Positions 51,401 to 60,923 are shown, numbered from the stretch's first letter. The stretch: DNA of 64,000 nt from Candidatus Latescibacterota bacterium (GCA_965222075.1 OZ244937.1:4992001-5056000); one strand, 5' to 3'. The notes: generated from the sequence alone by a model not told the origin. Numbers and translations: made by a program.

Positions 51401-51494
51401 CGATGCCTACCTGACGTATGGGGATGTCTCGGATCGGACGCGCTTCCTGGACCGTCCGCGGGAGTCCCACGTGGGCATTCGGGTTATATTCTAG
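48432..51494 (+). CDS. TonB-dependent receptor with N-terminal carboxypeptidase-regulatory-like domain
   Basis: Signal peptide, GTTGKVMG..D..G.PLPGA, plug (YYVDG; GGLNAEYGNAQAGVVNIITK), NAGIRYD, SPRVG and C-terminal Phe. Confidence 0.93.
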   Translation: MMRRLQILTGIVLALCAVLAMGSVATAGTTGKVMGVVMDEKGDPLPGASVVFEGTQRGAVTDADGAYILLSADPGVYRAVASMVGYHTVTQEQVQVRAEFTTTVNFTLREQELALEEMVVVAERPPVEPDKTESRYVITAKDIEQAPILRTVSDVITLEAGVATDGTGAIRSGNLPDNGYYVDGIRIQNQDGKAIYTSYGWNQWGQNVNAKAVQEISLITGGLNAEYGNAQAGVVNIITKDGGSEYHGEVEYRLTPAGKKHWGADVYEAPEHRGNAKWDDPEWVAEVDPQTGNLVHQRTNYTNWRGHHYDGHFSGPLLGQSSFFVSAMHRRAAPATPNAWGKHQPPNIRTTAKLTVPGGSNMKFRFGWIYDYAEDHQDGRTGGTTSNTPNVLRGTGRNLFLPVGSPAATREVTENLLYGALTHTVSPKTFYEVRLSRYLSRQDTSKPGTMTSHVRNDKAGYFHIGRDEVLDFRIGEQNRLGLKADLSSQVTKGHFIKAGIDYTAYENWYSWEANTPGDTKQQIVYIADGEPGNAINPKQLALYVQDKMEFEGFTVNAGIRYDRFWGVDVPLMGAMRKFVYNRMNRYIQAPFLPMRPIANWSPRVGIAHPITDRAALHFYYGHLFQLPSFFPMFHEEWSGTGGPIQDIKWSNYNQTYRPAGTAGVRPIWDDSQRTISFELGTDWNFVSDYTVALATFYKTAFFQDTGGANITYNPGTKVNDFISSYSNTWMEEIRGFEFSIRKRFRNYFSFRAALNIEWAEEGQGGGGNAAVAETAFPDSAWIVGSGYYFLDWEISGGQERGVPLTDEQKREIGAQANAVVKDLQANPLKYVQGASEPGRLFAAWEQDWMSGETQQASEGIYLLLNLQGVSRRDRGRAGQGSFQFFFESPMDLGPGPKFGGRTLLGGVRANLLYRIYTGSKFEYVNLDAVNAKARGPLHTRADLNVQKRFQVGGVSADLYVEVSNLFDQKDARATNEDYMWWGLQTPKPNDDAYLTYGDVSDRTRFLDRPRESHVGIRVIF

Positions 51495-51589
51495 CAAGGT
51501 TGAGACCCGGGGCCTGGGGTGCTGACGGTTCAGCGTCCGGGACCCGGGCAGGTTAGGACATCACGATGGATGAAAGAGAGGAGAATGAG

Positions 51590-53836
51590 ATGAAAAAGGT
51601 TCATACAATCGGGGCGGTTGCCGTCCTGCTCGGCCTGCTGGTTTGGGGTCTGCCCGGTGCGCACGCGGACAACCTGCCGTGGCGGTTTCAGACCCGCGCG
51701 AAGGTGTGGGATATCCACTGGAACACGGGTACTCAGGGGGTTCGGGAGGGCTCATTCCTGACCTATTATCGGCCGATCGGGATGATGTACCCCGGCACGT
51801 TCATGGTGCAGTTTTCAAACGAATTCATCGACTACTGGGGCGTGCGGAGTTGGGCGGGAGCCACGCAGTGGCTCGCCTGGATGTACGAGATGGGGGCCGT
51901 TATGCCGGGGTTCGACACGTTCGTTGTGACGCGTGTGCCCGGATCCCCGGATGGGGAGTATCACGTGGCCGAATCCAAACCGACCTTCGAATCTGAGGAC
52001 ATCGTTCCGCTCGAATACGACCCGTCCCAGGGGCCGGAGGCGAGCATCGGGTATCCGAACTATTCCCCGCGGGGCCCGGCGATGGCCAACTGGTGGCCGG
52101 GGCAGCAGCCGCCTGGGGATCAGCCCATGGTCGAGATCCACAACTACCGGAAAGATCAGTACATGGATCCCGACAAGGATATGTTCCCCGAGAGTCTGAT
52201 GATCGCCCATTACGCCACCAAGCGGGGGATCAATGTAACCAAACGGGTGCTGGCGTGGGGCTATCCGGACTACGACGACTTTGAGATTGTGGACTATACG
52301 TTTGAGAACACCGGGGACCAGCAGCTCAACGACACCTTCTTTGCCTTCTCGGTCCGCTTCATGGTCTCGCACGCCGGGCACATGTGGCACGGGTACAACG
52401 CCTGGTACCGGAACACGAACCCGACCACGGATTCGGACGACCTCTACAAGTACACGGAGGCGTCCAACTACGACGGTCCCGCGTCGGGGGCGGGGCTGAA
52501 GATGTGGTATGCGTTCGACACGGACAACCCGCTGGTGCCGGGGGACGACCTGGGCCAGCCCTACAGCGTGGGCCAGGCCAGGTGGCATAACCGGGTAGGG
52601 AACATGCGGATCGAGGGCGAGATGACGGGCTACCAGTACGGGGGGCTTGCGCCGCTGGCCTACATGCCCGGGGCCGCCAACGATGCGAGTACGTGGACCT
52701 ACGATTCGAACACGTGGGAGACCGGCGACGCCAACTACGTGGCGCCCAGGGTGGCGGACCAGCCCTACAAGGTGGCCTGGACGGATTACCGCAACCGGGG
52801 CGACTACGACCAGCCGGACTCAAAGACCCATTCCTACGAAACCATGTACAACATGCTGGCCGGCGCCCCCGGCATCCAGGCCCCCCCCACAGAACCGACC
52901 GCGATCCACGGGACGACGACCTACGGGCCCTACGACTTAGCGCCCGGAGACAAGGTGAGGCTCGTATTCGTTCTGGCGGCGGCCGCCCCTGTGGAGGAGA
53001 ACATCTGGGGATGGGCGAAGCTGGGCGACCAGGATGTGATGCGCACGGATAGGACGTTCGACAACTTGGTCAAGCACGTGAACGCGGCCAAAGACGCCTT
53101 CGCGTGGGGCTACGATGTGCCCGATCCCCCGCCGGACGTGGGTACCACGGCGGGTGTGTCGGATGGCGGGTTTAATAAGCTGAGCTGGAACTCAGCTTAC
53201 GGCAGTGCCTCCGATCCTGACTACACGGGCGCTGAGGCCAATGACATCGCGGGCTATCGGGTCTACCGGTCGGAGTTTAAAGTAGGCGACTGGAAGCTTC
53301 TGGGCGATATCCCCGTTGGAACTGCCAACGAATTTGTGGACGAGAAGTCGATCGCCGGATTTACTTATTTCTACAGCGTCCGGGGCTACGATAAGGGGCA
53401 CGATGACTGGAACGGGACCGGGATGGCCATTCCCTCCTTAGAGGGTTCGAATAGCTCTCCCGAGACGTGGTCGAACGGCGTCCAGCCTCAGATCCCGTAT
53501 GTGCCGGCCACGTCTGGGGCAGATGCGATGCAGAAGCAGGTAATCGTGGTGCCCAACCCGTACAAGGTGGACGGTGCCCACGCCTACCCGGCGAGGGGCC
53601 GGATCCGGTTTTTGAATATTCCGCACAAGTCCCGAATCTGGATCTACACGATCTCCGGGGACCTTGCAGCCCGGGTCGACCACGACGATCCGACAAAGGG
53701 CGAGGCGAACTGGGAACAGGTCGACATCCACGTCACCGGATCGGTCTCCCCTGGCATGTATTACTACGTGGTTGAATCGCTTCTGCCGGAGAGCCAGGGG
53801 AAGATCCAGAAGGGTGCCTTTATGATTATCAAGTGA
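51590..53836 (+). CDS. Large secreted protein with FN3-like domain and T9SS type-A-like C-terminal domain
   Basis: SPI signal (AHA-DN), PPP..LSW...GYRVYR...FVD...YFYSV, and tail VVPNPY...IRFLNIP...IYTISGDL...W...PGMYYYVV...GAFMIIK. Confidence 0.8.
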   Translation: MKKVHTIGAVAVLLGLLVWGLPGAHADNLPWRFQTRAKVWDIHWNTGTQGVREGSFLTYYRPIGMMYPGTFMVQFSNEFIDYWGVRSWAGATQWLAWMYEMGAVMPGFDTFVVTRVPGSPDGEYHVAESKPTFESEDIVPLEYDPSQGPEASIGYPNYSPRGPAMANWWPGQQPPGDQPMVEIHNYRKDQYMDPDKDMFPESLMIAHYATKRGINVTKRVLAWGYPDYDDFEIVDYTFENTGDQQLNDTFFAFSVRFMVSHAGHMWHGYNAWYRNTNPTTDSDDLYKYTEASNYDGPASGAGLKMWYAFDTDNPLVPGDDLGQPYSVGQARWHNRVGNMRIEGEMTGYQYGGLAPLAYMPGAANDASTWTYDSNTWETGDANYVAPRVADQPYKVAWTDYRNRGDYDQPDSKTHSYETMYNMLAGAPGIQAPPTEPTAIHGTTTYGPYDLAPGDKVRLVFVLAAAAPVEENIWGWAKLGDQDVMRTDRTFDNLVKHVNAAKDAFAWGYDVPDPPPDVGTTAGVSDGGFNKLSWNSAYGSASDPDYTGAEANDIAGYRVYRSEFKVGDWKLLGDIPVGTANEFVDEKSIAGFTYFYSVRGYDKGHDDWNGTGMAIPSLEGSNSSPETWSNGVQPQIPYVPATSGADAMQKQVIVVPNPYKVDGAHAYPARGRIRFLNIPHKSRIWIYTISGDLAARVDHDDPTKGEANWEQVDIHVTGSVSPGMYYYVVESLLPESQGKIQKGAFMIIK

Positions 53837-53901
53837 GCCCCCAGGGGCTGCGTTCACCTGCTGGAAATTCTCTCGACGGGATTGGAAAAGGAGATAGAGC
53901 T

Positions 53902-54873
53902 ATGAAACGCGTTTTGATGTTCGGACTGATAGGCTTGGCAATCTGCGCACTGGTTGCGCCGCCGCCCGCTGCCGGTCAGGAGGAGGTAATCAGTACCGGT
54001 CAGAAGCGGGTGGGGCGGGCTGTGCTGTCGGTGCTGAAGGTGGATCAGGGAGCACGCGCCGCTGGGATGGGCGGGGCGTATGTGGCCATTGCGGATGACA
54101 TCAACACAGTTTTTGTGAATCCGGCCGGGTTGACCCACGTTGAGCGGGCTGAGTATACGTTTTCTTACACCCGCTGGCTGGTGGATTCCAAATTTTACTC
54201 AGGCGCGGTGGCCTACAATGTTGAGCGGGGCGTCTTAGGGTTGAGTGTGTTCGCTCATTCGCCGCCTAAGATGCTGGAGACAACGATCTTCCAGCCCTTG
54301 GGCACGGGCCGAGAGTTGGATGCAGGGGATGTTAGCATCGGTCTGACATTCGCCAGGAAATTGACGGACAGGCTCTCATTCGGCGTGCAGGTGCGCTGGA
54401 CGCAGGAGACCCTGGATGTGGACCGGATCAGCTCGGTGGATATGAATCTGGGGACGCTGTTCTACACGGGCTACCGGTCTCTGCGGCTGGGGATGACGTT
54501 TTTGAACCTGGGGAAGGACCAGAAGATCCTGGAAACGGAATACCACCTGCCGGTGGCGTTCAATCTGGCCACTGCAATGGAGATCATAGGCAATAAAGGC
54601 GACCAGACCTACCTCACCGCGACGGTCGAGAACTACTTCGCTACCGATTTTGCAGAACCGCAGTATCGGTTAGGCGGTGAGCTCTGGTTCCAGAACACGG
54701 TGGCGCTCCGGGGTGGCTATCGGATCAACTACGACCTGGAGACGTTCAGCGTGGGGGCGGGGGTGAAGTTCCAGCCGGTTGAGGGCAGAGAGATCCGTGC
54801 GGATTTCGCGTACAGCGATTTCGGCAGGTTTTTCGATGCGCCGCTACGGTTTAGCCTGAGCGGATCGTTCTAA
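53902..54873 (+). CDS. PorV/PorQ-family outer-membrane beta-barrel
   Basis: L...GARAAGMGGAYVAIADD...NPAGL, YT.WL.D, LRGGY and terminal Phe. Confidence 0.85.
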   Translation: MKRVLMFGLIGLAICALVAPPPAAGQEEVISTGQKRVGRAVLSVLKVDQGARAAGMGGAYVAIADDINTVFVNPAGLTHVERAEYTFSYTRWLVDSKFYSGAVAYNVERGVLGLSVFAHSPPKMLETTIFQPLGTGRELDAGDVSIGLTFARKLTDRLSFGVQVRWTQETLDVDRISSVDMNLGTLFYTGYRSLRLGMTFLNLGKDQKILETEYHLPVAFNLATAMEIIGNKGDQTYLTATVENYFATDFAEPQYRLGGELWFQNTVALRGGYRINYDLETFSVGAGVKFQPVEGREIRADFAYSDFGRFFDAPLRFSLSGSF

Positions 54874-54903
54874 CCGGCCCATCGTGTCCACGGACGATAT
54901 GGT

Positions 54904-54941
54904 GAAATGGCAGTCTGTAAAAGGACTGCCATTTCTCTTTT
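54904..54941 (+). terminator. Intrinsic terminator ending the TBDR-PorV operon
   Basis: GAAATGGCAGTC / GACTGCCATTTC perfect stem followed by TCTTTT. Confidence 0.75.
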
Positions 54942-54965
54942 ACGAGGTTCTGAACGATTTGTCTC

Positions 54966-54987
54966 AGGGGCAGACCTGTGTGTCTGC
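54966..54987. repeat. REP-like hairpin (GTAGGGGC-type); relative at 6563-6583
   Basis: AGGGGCAGACCTGTGTGTCTGC and GTAGGGGCGCATTGCAAAGCG. Confidence 0.5.
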
Positions 54988-55017
54988 TACGAAGAATCGG
55001 GCAAGAAGATAGGGGGC

Positions 55018-57456
55018 ATGACCATGTTGGCGTTAAAGGTGCTGAAGGCTGAGGTCAATCGGGTGGTGCTGCGGGTGGATCTGAAAGAACATAAGGGGGC
55101 GCGGATATTCCGGGCGCACCGGCCATCCGGGCCGTATGAAGAGGTGGGGGTGGCTTTTGAGGAGAGGTATGTGGATGCGGCGGACTTAGAGGCGGGGAAG
55201 ACCTATTACTACCGTTCGTTGGGCTGGAGGGCCCCCAGTCTGTATCCTGAGGTGGGGGACCAGGACGGCGGAAAGCCAGTTTCTGCGGTCGTTCCGAAGG
55301 CGCCGAAGGAGAGGCAGGTGGTGGTGACGCGGAAGCGGCAGGCGTTTACGGTGAACGTGGGCGGGTTCCTGGATGAGTCGAATACGGTAACGGTGGGGCC
55401 GGAGGTTTACTGCCCCGGGCCGAATTCGAGCATGCCGCCCTATGAGCAGGCGTTCGAGCCAAACCTGTATGTGGCGATCGAGAATATAGGCGAGACGGAT
55501 GTGGAGAACCCGTGGGTGGTGGCCAACGGGCAACGGGACTGGTGGTCGGTGGAGACGATGACCCGGGAGATCGCCGGCATTGCCGGCGGCGGCCGGCTGA
55601 GCGGTAAGGATAAAATGATGGCGATCTGGAAGTTCGTGGTGGACGAACTTTACGACAGCAGGATCGGTTTGTCCTGGTTCGACGGTACAAGCGATCCGGT
55701 CAAACTGTTCAATGTTTACGGGTTTGAGGGCTGTGTGGCAAACGCGATCACAAGCCGGCGCCTGGCCGAGGCGATGGGGCTGAAAGCCCGGGAGATCTGG
55801 CTGGGAGGCACCATCGACGGCTACGGCCGGGGGCGCAGTTGCGGGCACGATATTTTTGAGGCGTATGTGGACGGGACGTGGCATTTTCTGGATACGGATC
55901 TGATGGTATTTTTTTTGGGGCGGGACAATATGACGGTGGCCGGTTCGGAGGACCTGGCCCGGGATATCGACCTGCTGCGCCGGTCGCACCGAAACCTGGG
56001 GCTGTGCGGCCGGGATTTGCCGGAGAAAGATTATTACTACACCCCATTCCGGGAGCGGCAGTTTGTGTATCCGCCGAACAAGGGCGGAGCCTGGATGGAC
56101 AAGGCAGGCGGGATTAAACAGGCGCCGGGGAGATATCCGCCTGCGCGTACGATGGGGTTGCGGCTGCGTCCCGGGGAGAAGTTGGTGCGCTACTGGGGCA
56201 ATGTGGGAAAAAATGTGGTCCGGGGGAGGCGGCTGTACCCGGAGGTGCGGTTTTCCAACGGCAAGCTGGTCTACCGGCCGGACCTGTGCCGCCCGCTCTC
56301 TTTGAAAGGGACCGAGGAGGTGAAGGGCGTGGTGCAGGAGACGTCCGGGAGGGGTGTTGCGCTGCATCCGGAGAAGACGGGGGCGGTATCAGAGGTGGTG
56401 TGGAAGGTGGCGTCGCCCTATGCGATTGCCGGAGCGCGGGTGGGGGTCAGGTGCCGGCGGGAGACGCAGGAGGACGGTTTGGAGGTGCTGTTTTCGAAGG
56501 ACGGGAAGAACTGGCGGTCTGTATGGGTTGCCATCGGGCAGCGGCTGGATGCCTGTGTGGAGCTGGACTGGTACCTCAATCCGGCGCTGAACGATTGGCG
56601 GGAGGAGACAGATCTTGGATGGCGGATGGGGCCGTGCTACACATATTATATTAAGGTGGCAATGTGGGCAGGGTCCAGACCCGATGCGGTGGGACTGGAG
56701 GCGATCCGTTTTGATACGGATATCCAGTGCGCCACCCGGTCTTTGCCGGCGCTGTTTTGCGGGAAGAATACGATTGCCTACCGGGACGACAGCCGGGGAG
56801 GGCGGAAGGTAAGGGTGACGTATGGGTGGCAAGAGGAACATTCGATCCGGCCACCCGGAGCGCCGGGGCTGACGTATCCAAAGGACGGGGCGGATGTGAA
56901 CCGGCTGGATTTCGAGTTCCGATGGAAGCGTTCCAAAGGGGGCAGCGGGAAGGTGGACGATTACCATATCCAGGTGAGCCGGTATGCGGATTTCAGGTGG
57001 TGCGTATGTCCCACGTTCAACCGGTATGTGGGGCGTACGGGGTATGCGGGTAAGACACGGTGGCAGGCGGAGTTTCCAAATCTGCTGAATCCGGATGAGG
57101 CCTACTACTGGCGTGTGCGGGCGCGGAATGCGAAGGGGGTGTGGGGAGAGTGGAGTGAGGTGCGGTCGTTTGTGCCCCACGGCCCTCGTCTTCCGGTGGG
57201 TCTTGAGGTGGGGGGGCGAGGCAAGGGGAGGGCGCTGGTGTGGTCGGCGAATGGAGAGGGGAATCCGCCGGTGGCATATCGGGTTCACGGTTCGATGGAG
57301 GCCGGGGGGTTTTCGGCGGGTGAGGAGAATTTGCTGGGTGTTGTGGAGGAGGCGCGCTGGCCGTTGAACGACGCGAAGAAGGGGATGTCTTACCGGGTGG
57401 TGGCGGTGGATGCGCGGGGGGTGCCGAGTACGCCGTCGGAGTATGTTACGGTGTGA
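55018..57456 (+). CDS. Large protein with transglutaminase-like core and FN3-like domains
   Basis: Putative Cys-His-Asp triad (FNVYGFEGC...GHDIFEAYVDGTWHFLD) and YYWRVRARN...GEWS. Confidence 0.7.
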   Translation: MTMLALKVLKAEVNRVVLRVDLKEHKGARIFRAHRPSGPYEEVGVAFEERYVDAADLEAGKTYYYRSLGWRAPSLYPEVGDQDGGKPVSAVVPKAPKERQVVVTRKRQAFTVNVGGFLDESNTVTVGPEVYCPGPNSSMPPYEQAFEPNLYVAIENIGETDVENPWVVANGQRDWWSVETMTREIAGIAGGGRLSGKDKMMAIWKFVVDELYDSRIGLSWFDGTSDPVKLFNVYGFEGCVANAITSRRLAEAMGLKAREIWLGGTIDGYGRGRSCGHDIFEAYVDGTWHFLDTDLMVFFLGRDNMTVAGSEDLARDIDLLRRSHRNLGLCGRDLPEKDYYYTPFRERQFVYPPNKGGAWMDKAGGIKQAPGRYPPARTMGLRLRPGEKLVRYWGNVGKNVVRGRRLYPEVRFSNGKLVYRPDLCRPLSLKGTEEVKGVVQETSGRGVALHPEKTGAVSEVVWKVASPYAIAGARVGVRCRRETQEDGLEVLFSKDGKNWRSVWVAIGQRLDACVELDWYLNPALNDWREETDLGWRMGPCYTYYIKVAMWAGSRPDAVGLEAIRFDTDIQCATRSLPALFCGKNTIAYRDDSRGGRKVRVTYGWQEEHSIRPPGAPGLTYPKDGADVNRLDFEFRWKRSKGGSGKVDDYHIQVSRYADFRWCVCPTFNRYVGRTGYAGKTRWQAEFPNLLNPDEAYYWRVRARNAKGVWGEWSEVRSFVPHGPRLPVGLEVGGRGKGRALVWSANGEGNPPVAYRVHGSMEAGGFSAGEENLLGVVEEARWPLNDAKKGMSYRVVAVDARGVPSTPSEYVTV

Positions 57457-57512
57457 GCGCAACCCAACCTCTTCCCTAAACGAAGTTTGATAAATTAGTC
57501 GGAGGGTAGAAT

Positions 57513-58565
57513 ATGTCCAAGGGTGAATATCGCGGCGTTATTGTGGGGCTGACGGGGATCGGGGCGCGGCGGCCTCCGGAGGAGGAAAACCTTCCGGTAT
57601 ACGGGGCGATGCCTACATCCCATGCGTCCGCCTATTACCGGTGCCCGCAGACGGAACTGGTGGGGGTGTGCGACCTGCGGGAGGAGGCGCTGGCCGATTT
57701 CAAGGCGAATTGGGGGGATGTGTGGCCGAAGATGCATTACTATACCGATTATCGGGAGATGTTGGAGACCGAGAAGCCGGATCTGCTGAGCGTGGCGACT
57801 TCGGACCACCTCCATGCGGATATCGTGGTGGCGGCGGTGGAAGGCGGTGTGCCTGCGATTCTGTGTGAAAAGCCGCTTGCGACCACGCTGGCGGATGCGG
57901 ACCGGATGATTGCTGCGGCCGAGGCTGGCGGGACGCTGCTTTCAGTGGATCATTCCCGGCGGTGGTATCCGCATTATCTGAGGGCGAGGGAGATTGTCCG
58001 GAGCGGGGAGATTGGGCCGCTGCACACGGTCGGGTGTGAGATGTTCGGCCTGCGGTCGATGCTGTTCCGGAATGGTACCCATGCGCTGGATACGGTCTGT
58101 TTTTTCGCCGAGGGGGATCCCAAGTGGCTGGTGGCCGAATTGGAGGAGGGGTTTGAACATTTTACCGAGTATCAAGGTGGGGGGGGGAAGGATGCTGCGA
58201 GCGATCCGTATGCGTCGGCCTACATCCGGTTTGGGAATGGGGTGAGGGCTTTTTACAATTCGTTCAAGACGGCGTTTCCCGGCTGGCGGTTTGTGCTGAC
58301 TTGCGAGGAGGGTCGGGTGGAGGCAACGGATACGTCCGCGCGGCTGATCCGGGGGTCGTCTTTTGAGACGACCGAGATCGTGCCGGGGAACTATATGATA
58401 CAGGAGAAGGGGGCGATGGTGGCGGAGTTGGCCTACGTGCTGGAAAACGGCGGGGAACTGGTCTCTCCGGCCCGGGAAGCGCGGAAGACGCTGGAGATCA
58501 TTTTGGGGATTTTGAAGTCACATCACAGCGGGAACTGCCGGGTCGATTTCCCGCTGGTACTGTGA
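57513..58565 (+). CDS. Gfo/Idh/MocA family oxidoreductase
   Basis: VGLTGIG, CEKP, DHSRRW and NGTHALD motifs. Confidence 0.92.
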   Translation: MSKGEYRGVIVGLTGIGARRPPEEENLPVYGAMPTSHASAYYRCPQTELVGVCDLREEALADFKANWGDVWPKMHYYTDYREMLETEKPDLLSVATSDHLHADIVVAAVEGGVPAILCEKPLATTLADADRMIAAAEAGGTLLSVDHSRRWYPHYLRAREIVRSGEIGPLHTVGCEMFGLRSMLFRNGTHALDTVCFFAEGDPKWLVAELEEGFEHFTEYQGGGGKDAASDPYASAYIRFGNGVRAFYNSFKTAFPGWRFVLTCEEGRVEATDTSARLIRGSSFETTEIVPGNYMIQEKGAMVAELAYVLENGGELVSPAREARKTLEIILGILKSHHSGNCRVDFPLVL

Positions 58566-58577
58566 GGAGGAGCAGAT

Positions 58578-59504
58578 ATGTCGTCGCGTCAGGTCTACAT
58601 TTCAGGGCAGATGGTTGCGGAAGAGGAGGCGAAGATTTCGATCTTCGATACCGCGGTCACTTTGGGCGATACGGTTACCGAATCGACGCGCACGTTTGGA
58701 CATCGGCCGTTCAAGCTGGACCGGCACATCGAACGGCTGTATCAGTCGCTGAAGGTGACGCGGATCGATCCGGGGTGCGGGCCGAAGGAGATGGCGCGGG
58801 TTACCCTGGATCTGCTGGAGAGGAATCTGTCGCTTATCGGACCGGAGGAGGATTACTGGATTGTACACAATATCTCGCGCGGGGTTTCTATGCCGGGGCC
58901 CGATCCCACGGTGCAGCGGGGGGCAGCGACGGTGATGGTCCACAATGCGCCCATGGATCTGCGCGGGTGGGCGGCGTTCTACGGTGCGGGCTGCCACGCG
59001 GTAACCGCGATGAGCCGGATGATTCCCTCGCAGTCGCTGGATGCGCGGGTGAAGAACCGCAGCCGAATGGCTTATACGCTTGCGGAGGTGGAGGTGAAGC
59101 TGGTGGATGCGGGGGCGCAGGGGGTCATTCTGGATATCTACGGGAATGTGGGGGAGAACAAGGGGGGGAATATTTTTGTGGTGAGCAAGGAGGAGTTGCG
59201 AACACCGACGACGCAGAACTGCCTGGCCGGGATCAGCCGGGAGACGGTTCTGGAGCTGGCGGAAGAACTGGGGATTCCCGCGCGGGAGGAGACGCTGCAG
59301 CCGTACGATCTGTACACGGCCGACGAGCTTTTTTTCACGAGTACACCGTACTGTATTATGCCGGCCACCCGTTTCAACGGTTTGCCGGTGGGAGACGGGG
59401 AGGTAGGGGCGGTGACCAGGCGTTTGCTGGGCGCGTGGAGCGCGCTGGTGGGGGTGGATATTGTGAAGCAGGCAGAGGCACAGATGAAGGGTGAAGAAGC
59501 GTGA
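58578..59504 (+). CDS. Class IV (branched-chain/D-amino acid) aminotransferase
   Basis: HIERL, RVK, E...NIF, LAGISR and ADELFFTST motifs. Confidence 0.9.
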   Translation: MSSRQVYISGQMVAEEEAKISIFDTAVTLGDTVTESTRTFGHRPFKLDRHIERLYQSLKVTRIDPGCGPKEMARVTLDLLERNLSLIGPEEDYWIVHNISRGVSMPGPDPTVQRGAATVMVHNAPMDLRGWAAFYGAGCHAVTAMSRMIPSQSLDARVKNRSRMAYTLAEVEVKLVDAGAQGVILDIYGNVGENKGGNIFVVSKEELRTPTTQNCLAGISRETVLELAEELGIPAREETLQPYDLYTADELFFTSTPYCIMPATRFNGLPVGDGEVGAVTRRLLGAWSALVGVDIVKQAEAQMKGEEA

Positions 59505-59514
59505 CCTGTCCGGC

Positions 59515-59898
59515 CTATAGCGGTTCCGGGCGATATACGAGCTGGAGGAGATTGCCTTCGGGGTCGGGGAAGAAGTCGAATCGGGTTCCGGTGGGGGACC
59601 GATGGGAGGGGCCCACGAAGGTGACGCCCCGGTCCTCCAGGGTCTGACGGGCGGCCTGGAAGTCTTCCACTTTCAGGGCGATGTGACGGATGCCTGCGTC
59701 GTCCCCGGCGTGGTGGATCGGGGTGCGGTCGTTGGAGGGTAAGATTTCCAGGATGCCCCCTTCGGGAAGGCGGAGGAAATAGGTCCGGTCTTCATCGGAG
59801 CCGTGGGCGGTTTCGAAGCCGAGCGTGTCGCAGTACCAGCGGGCGAGTGAAGGGGGATCGGCGGCGACGATGGCGATGTGTTCGATTGCTTTGATCAC
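59515..59898 (-). CDS. VOC/glyoxalase family protein
   Basis: IEHIAI, WY...LGF, HIAL and DPEGNLLQL motifs. Confidence 0.9.
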   Translation of the reverse strand: MIKAIEHIAIVAADPPSLARWYCDTLGFETAHGSDEDRTYFLRLPEGGILEILPSNDRTPIHHAGDDAGIRHIALKVEDFQAARQTLEDRGVTFVGPSHRSPTGTRFDFFPDPEGNLLQLVYRPEPL

Positions 59899-60923
59899 TT
59901 GTCCGTCTCCTGTGGAAGCGGGATGTCACGGCCCTCTTTAAGGGCGCGGTCGATGGCGGAAGCGACCTGGATGGCGGCGAGGCCGTCGCGGGCGGTAACG
60001 ACGGGCGCCCACAGGTCCCGCACGACGCCGGCAAAGTGCCGGACGAGGGAGCGATAGGTTCTCTCGGTCTGGCCGTGGACAACGGGCGCGGTGGTTATGT
60101 CGGGATACTCGACGGTGTTTTCGCCGTAGAGGGCCAGGCCGTTTTCGTAGGCCAGCACTTCTGCGGCGCCGGCTGTGCCCTGTGCGGTGAAAAGTGGATT
60201 CTGCGGCCGCCCGCCCTGGGCCGGGGTGCCCCAGGTGTTTTCCAGGATGCCGATGGCACCGCTGGCGAAAGTGAGCACGGCGAGGATATAATCCTGTCGG
60301 GTTTTCCCGCCGGCGTGCGAATAGGCCCTGGCCTCTACGACCGGGCTGCCGGCCGTCCAGAGCATCATGTCGATGTCGTGGGGAAGCAGCCAGCAGGCGA
60401 GTGGGAAGCGGCCGAGCACACGGTCGACGGCTTCCGGCCGTGAATTTCGGCGGCTGTACATGTGGAAGATGTCCCCGATTTTGCCATCGGCCACCGCCTG
60501 GCGCATGGCTGCGTAGCGGGGATCGAAGCGGAGGTTGTGGCAGACCATGTGTTTCAGGCCGGCCTCCTCAACGCGCTGTAGCATTTGAGCGGCGTCATCC
60601 GGAGAGGTGGCCATTGGTTTTTCGATCAGGATGTGCTTGCCTGCTTTGGCCGACGCCAGGAAGGGGTGCAGGTGCGCCCATTCGGAGGCGGCGACGATGA
60701 CGGCTTCGATGTGGGGATGGTCGGCCAACATCTCGCGGTAGCGGGCGCCGGTGTAGGCCGGCACGCCCAGGGATTTGCCCACGGCCGGGGCCGTGACCTC
60801 CCCGTGGCCGCAGACGGCCACCAGGCGAGTGGTGGCGAGTTCGTCTATGATTCGAGCGTAGAGGCTGCCCATCCGGCCGGGGCCTATGACGGCGATATCT
60901 ACGGGTTGTGTCGGCTCGTTCAT
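59895..60923 (-). CDS. Gfo/Idh/MocA family oxidoreductase
   Basis: IGPGRMG, IEKP, HNLRF and HDID motifs. Confidence 0.9.
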   Translation of the reverse strand: MNEPTQPVDIAVIGPGRMGSLYARIIDELATTRLVAVCGHGEVTAPAVGKSLGVPAYTGARYREMLADHPHIEAVIVAASEWAHLHPFLASAKAGKHILIEKPMATSPDDAAQMLQRVEEAGLKHMVCHNLRFDPRYAAMRQAVADGKIGDIFHMYSRRNSRPEAVDRVLGRFPLACWLLPHDIDMMLWTAGSPVVEARAYSHAGGKTRQDYILAVLTFASGAIGILENTWGTPAQGGRPQNPLFTAQGTAGAAEVLAYENGLALYGENTVEYPDITTAPVVHGQTERTYRSLVRHFAGVVRDLWAPVVTARDGLAAIQVASAIDRALKEGRDIPLPQETDK

